Shown here in pieces: positions 29,533 to 32,000 of a DNA stretch of 32,000 nucleotides. This stretch comes from a bacterium (GTDB taxonomy: Bacteria; UBP7; UBA6624). The notes under the pieces were generated by a model that saw nothing but the letters and a program-made list of their open reading frames with translations, ran no database searches and was not told the DNA's origin. The DNA lies in assembly GCA_002716355.1 (NCBI GenBank), contig PBAU01000010.1, positions 30,001 to 62,000 on the forward strand. The letters run 5' to 3'. Position 1 is the stretch's first letter; the number at the start of each line of letters is the position of its first letter. Both the position numbers and the translations under genes were made by a program.

Positions 29533-30140
29533 AAAAATTAATCAAAATTCTTGCAGCAACGCAATGGAGTTGGTCATCAACAACAAATAATCTTTACCTG
29601 CCTTTATGGTGGTTAACCACAATGATCCCCACTTTAAGCAATCCAAAATTGATGATTCTCTCGATGTTTTTATATGATTTTGGATTTTTTATCTTTTGCC
29701 AAAATAACAAAAAAAATAAAATTTTTAATTTTTACAAAAATAATAATTTTTCTAACAGGGAAATTAAAACCGTTTATATGCTTTCACATCTTGCATGTCT
29801 TGGAGCTACTGGACTTTTCGGAAGTGCATTACTACTCTTAGGAAGCTCATTAGATGCAAAAACATGGATATCTTTTCTTTTATTTAGATCAATATGGGGG
29901 CTTTTCGTTTGTGGGTTGTTAGTAAATTTTAAAAAACCAACTTATGCTTTATGTTTTTCCTTAACCCCAACATTAATCTCTTGCCTGAACTCTTTTAGCT
30001 TTTTTTCAATCACCGGAAAGGCCAAATATCTCTTAGGTTCAATAGTTCCTGGAATAGAACCTTTTAACAAATACAACTTTCTAATACTTTTACCTTTAAT
30101 ATTTACTATGATTAGGCTGTTTGGCAAAAAGGAAACATGA
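29529..30140 (+). CDS. Hypothetical polytopic membrane protein
   Basis: 203 aa with at least five hydrophobic helices. ATGA overlaps with both neighbours. Confidence 0.5.
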   Translation: MKKLIKILAATQWSWSSTTNNLYLPLWWLTTMIPTLSNPKLMILSMFLYDFGFFIFCQNNKKNKIFNFYKNNNFSNREIKTVYMLSHLACLGATGLFGSALLLLGSSLDAKTWISFLLFRSIWGLFVCGLLVNFKKPTYALCFSLTPTLISCLNSFSFFSITGKAKYLLGSIVPGIEPFNKYNFLILLPLIFTMIRLFGKKET

Positions 30141-30607
30141 ATATATTCGTTCAAATACTAGCAAATAAAGTTTTTGCAAGTGCATGTTTTGGTTCCCTTT
30201 TTGGAACCATTATCAAAATCTTGTTGCAAAAAATAAAAATAAATGAAAAATCCTCTATCGCTTATGGCGGCATGCCTTCGGGTCATACTTCTTTTTCAAT
30301 TGCTGGAGCTTGGTCTGTTGGAATCAATTATGGCTTTGAATCACCTATATTTGGTGTAGCAATGATATGGGCAACACTTGTTATATTTGATGCATTAGGG
30401 ATAAGAAGGAAAACTGGAGAGCATGCAAAAGCAATAAATAGCTTAATGGGTGATCTTTTTGAAAGGAAAGATGCAGAAACGATTAAAAAAGATTTTCAAG
30501 AGCTACAAGAGATACTTGGACATACACCAATCGAAGTCACAGCTGGGGTCATAACAGGTATTGGAACTGCCTACCTAGTGAATCAGTTTTGGCCGTTCTG
30601 GAATTAA
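30137..30607 (+). CDS. Divergent PAP2 family membrane protein (acid phosphatase/vanadium haloperoxidase-related, DUF212-type)
   Basis: GGMPSGHTSFSIAGAW, ATLVIFDALGIRR and GHTPIEVTAGVITG match the divergent PAP2 signature. Confidence 0.8.
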   Translation: MNIFVQILANKVFASACFGSLFGTIIKILLQKIKINEKSSIAYGGMPSGHTSFSIAGAWSVGINYGFESPIFGVAMIWATLVIFDALGIRRKTGEHAKAINSLMGDLFERKDAETIKKDFQELQEILGHTPIEVTAGVITGIGTAYLVNQFWPFWN

Positions 30608-30636
30608 ATCCTAAAAAAATCTAATAAACAATAATA

Positions 30637-32000
30637 TTAAGAAGAGAAACCTTCCAGGTCTTCATCAAGTACACCAGTTCCAAAAGGTACACCTTCAACT
30701 TCATAACTAACATCTTCAAAATTTCTAAATCCAGTACCAACAGGGACCCTTTCACCAACTATAACGTTTTCCTTTAAGCCGTTTAGGAAATCCAATTTTC
30801 CTTCTATTGCAGCTTCCATAAGAGCACTTGCTGTCATTTGGAAACTAGCAGCAGAAAGGAATGAGCTACTGTTACTTGCTCCCTTCTTTAGACCTACCAT
30901 AATTTGCTCCCAGCTAATTCTTTTTCCGTCAACCGCTTCAATTCTTTTATTGATTGATCTTATTTCGTTTATTGGGACCTTGTCATCAGGCATATATGTA
31001 GAGTCTCCTCCATCTATAACCTTAACGTATCTAAACATCTCTTTCAATATAACCTCAAAATGGATATCAAAAATATCTACACCTTGAGACCTATAAACAT
31101 TTTGAATTTTATCTAAAGCATATGACTGAGCTGAATCGATACCTTGAGCAGATAATATTTCAATAGGGCTTCTCAAACCACTGCTTATTGGATCAGCAAC
31201 ACTCAGTTCATCTCCAACTCTGACCTCAATATCTCGATTCCTTGGAATCAAAATATTTACAGAATCAGATGCAGCTTTTGATTTTCTTTTTGTCTTTTTA
31301 CCTTTTGGAGCTATTGTTACTTCGTAACTATATCTATTACTATCTATTAGCTCTTTAATATTTGTTATAACTCCAGAAATAGGACTTAAAACAGCTCCTT
31401 CTCCCTTGAGGTCAGGCTTAAATCTACTTTGATAAACTTCAAAAAATATCTCAGCCAAAGGAAGTCCTTGCGTAATATCTGAAACATCAGATCCGGCTAC
31501 ACCTCCAGTATGGAAAGTTCTCATTGTCAACTGCGTTCCAGGCTCTCCAATTGATTGTGCAGCTATCACGCCAACAGGATCAGCCATACTTACAGGAGCA
31601 CCTGTTGCCTTGTTGTATCCATAACAACGAGAACAACAACCCCTTGAAGAATTACATGTAATTGGAGACAATAATTTGACTCCCGTCAAGCCTGACTTAG
31701 ATATACTGCTCCATGAGTTCTTTTTAGCCGCTTTAATGCTTCTTTCTCTGATCAAGTCAATTATTTTGTCAACATTATCTTCAGTAATAAGAACTCTTTC
31801 CTCGCAAAAAACATTGCCTTTTTCATCATAAATTTTTTCAGCAGTGTATCTGTGAAGTATCCTTCTCTTAAAAGAACCCCAATCAAAAGGCCCATCTTTT
31901 TCTAACCACTTTGGACCAAAGGTATCAAAAGCTGCATTTTCTTCTTTTTTTGTTTTAAAGTGCGGTCTCTTTGTTATACCTCTAACAGTTCCACAATCCT
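30637..32000 (-). CDS. rpoC: DNA-directed RNA polymerase beta' subunit, C-terminal part (5' end beyond window)
   Basis: AAQSIGEPGTQLTMRTFHTGG and GLKENVIVGERVPVGTG. I checked the frame by hand and found it open from 31756 to the window edge (...DCGTVRGITKRPHF...). The listed start at 31755 is an internal TTG. Confidence 0.95.
   Translation of the reverse strand, partial: DCGTVRGITKRPHFKTKKEENAAFDTFGPKWLEKDGPFDWGSFKRRILHRYTAEKIYDEKGNVFCEERVLITEDNVDKIIDLIRERSIKAAKKNSWSSISKSGLTGVKLLSPITCNSSRGCCSRCYGYNKATGAPVSMADPVGVIAAQSIGEPGTQLTMRTFHTGGVAGSDVSDITQGLPLAEIFFEVYQSRFKPDLKGEGAVLSPISGVITNIKELIDSNRYSYEVTIAPKGKKTKRKSKAASDSVNILIPRNRDIEVRVGDELSVADPISSGLRSPIEILSAQGIDSAQSYALDKIQNVYRSQGVDIFDIHFEVILKEMFRYVKVIDGGDSTYMPDDKVPINEIRSINKRIEAVDGKRISWEQIMVGLKKGASNSSSFLSAASFQMTASALMEAAIEGKLDFLNGLKENVIVGERVPVGTGFRNFEDVSYEVEGVPFGTGVLDEDLEGFSS

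Overview
AT-rich (about one third GC by eye), very tightly packed chromosomal segment from a Gram-negative-type bacterium (kdsC, an lptC-like gene and msrPQ are present); lineage not determinable by eye. I support about 30 protein genes, one tRNA-Gln(CUG) and one TPP riboswitch. I saw no rRNA, CRISPR array, transposase, integrase or long repeat. Most genes are housekeeping: trans-sulfuration PLP enzyme, thiC, fusA, hflX, gltX, carB, kdsC, msrPQ, an OPT transporter and the rpoC 3' end. Many neighbours share stop/start overlaps (ATGA, TAGTG, TTGA), three convergent gene pairs overlap at their 3' ends, and two divergent pairs are only 18 and 31 bp apart. Items worth a second look: (1) a 921-aa STAND NTPase with an apparently degenerate class III cyclase-like N-terminal domain and a TPR C-terminus. 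It sits inside a putative polyprenyl-phosphate-sugar glycosylation module (EamA transporter, GT2 synthase, GT-C transferase); (2) two adjacent atypical cyclophilins, one with a ~80-aa insertion and one flanked by two unrecognisable domains; (3) a small two-TM protein whose N-terminus matches the tandem MshEN (c-di-GMP receptor) motif with the canonical 5-residue spacer; (4) a flavin-reductase-family gene interrupted by one in-frame TAA; (5) an uncharacterised three-gene operon ending in a divergent-PAP2 protein; (6) a textbook hairpin plus T6 oriented on the + strand between two minus-strand genes. All functional calls come from motif recognition by eye; no database search was run.
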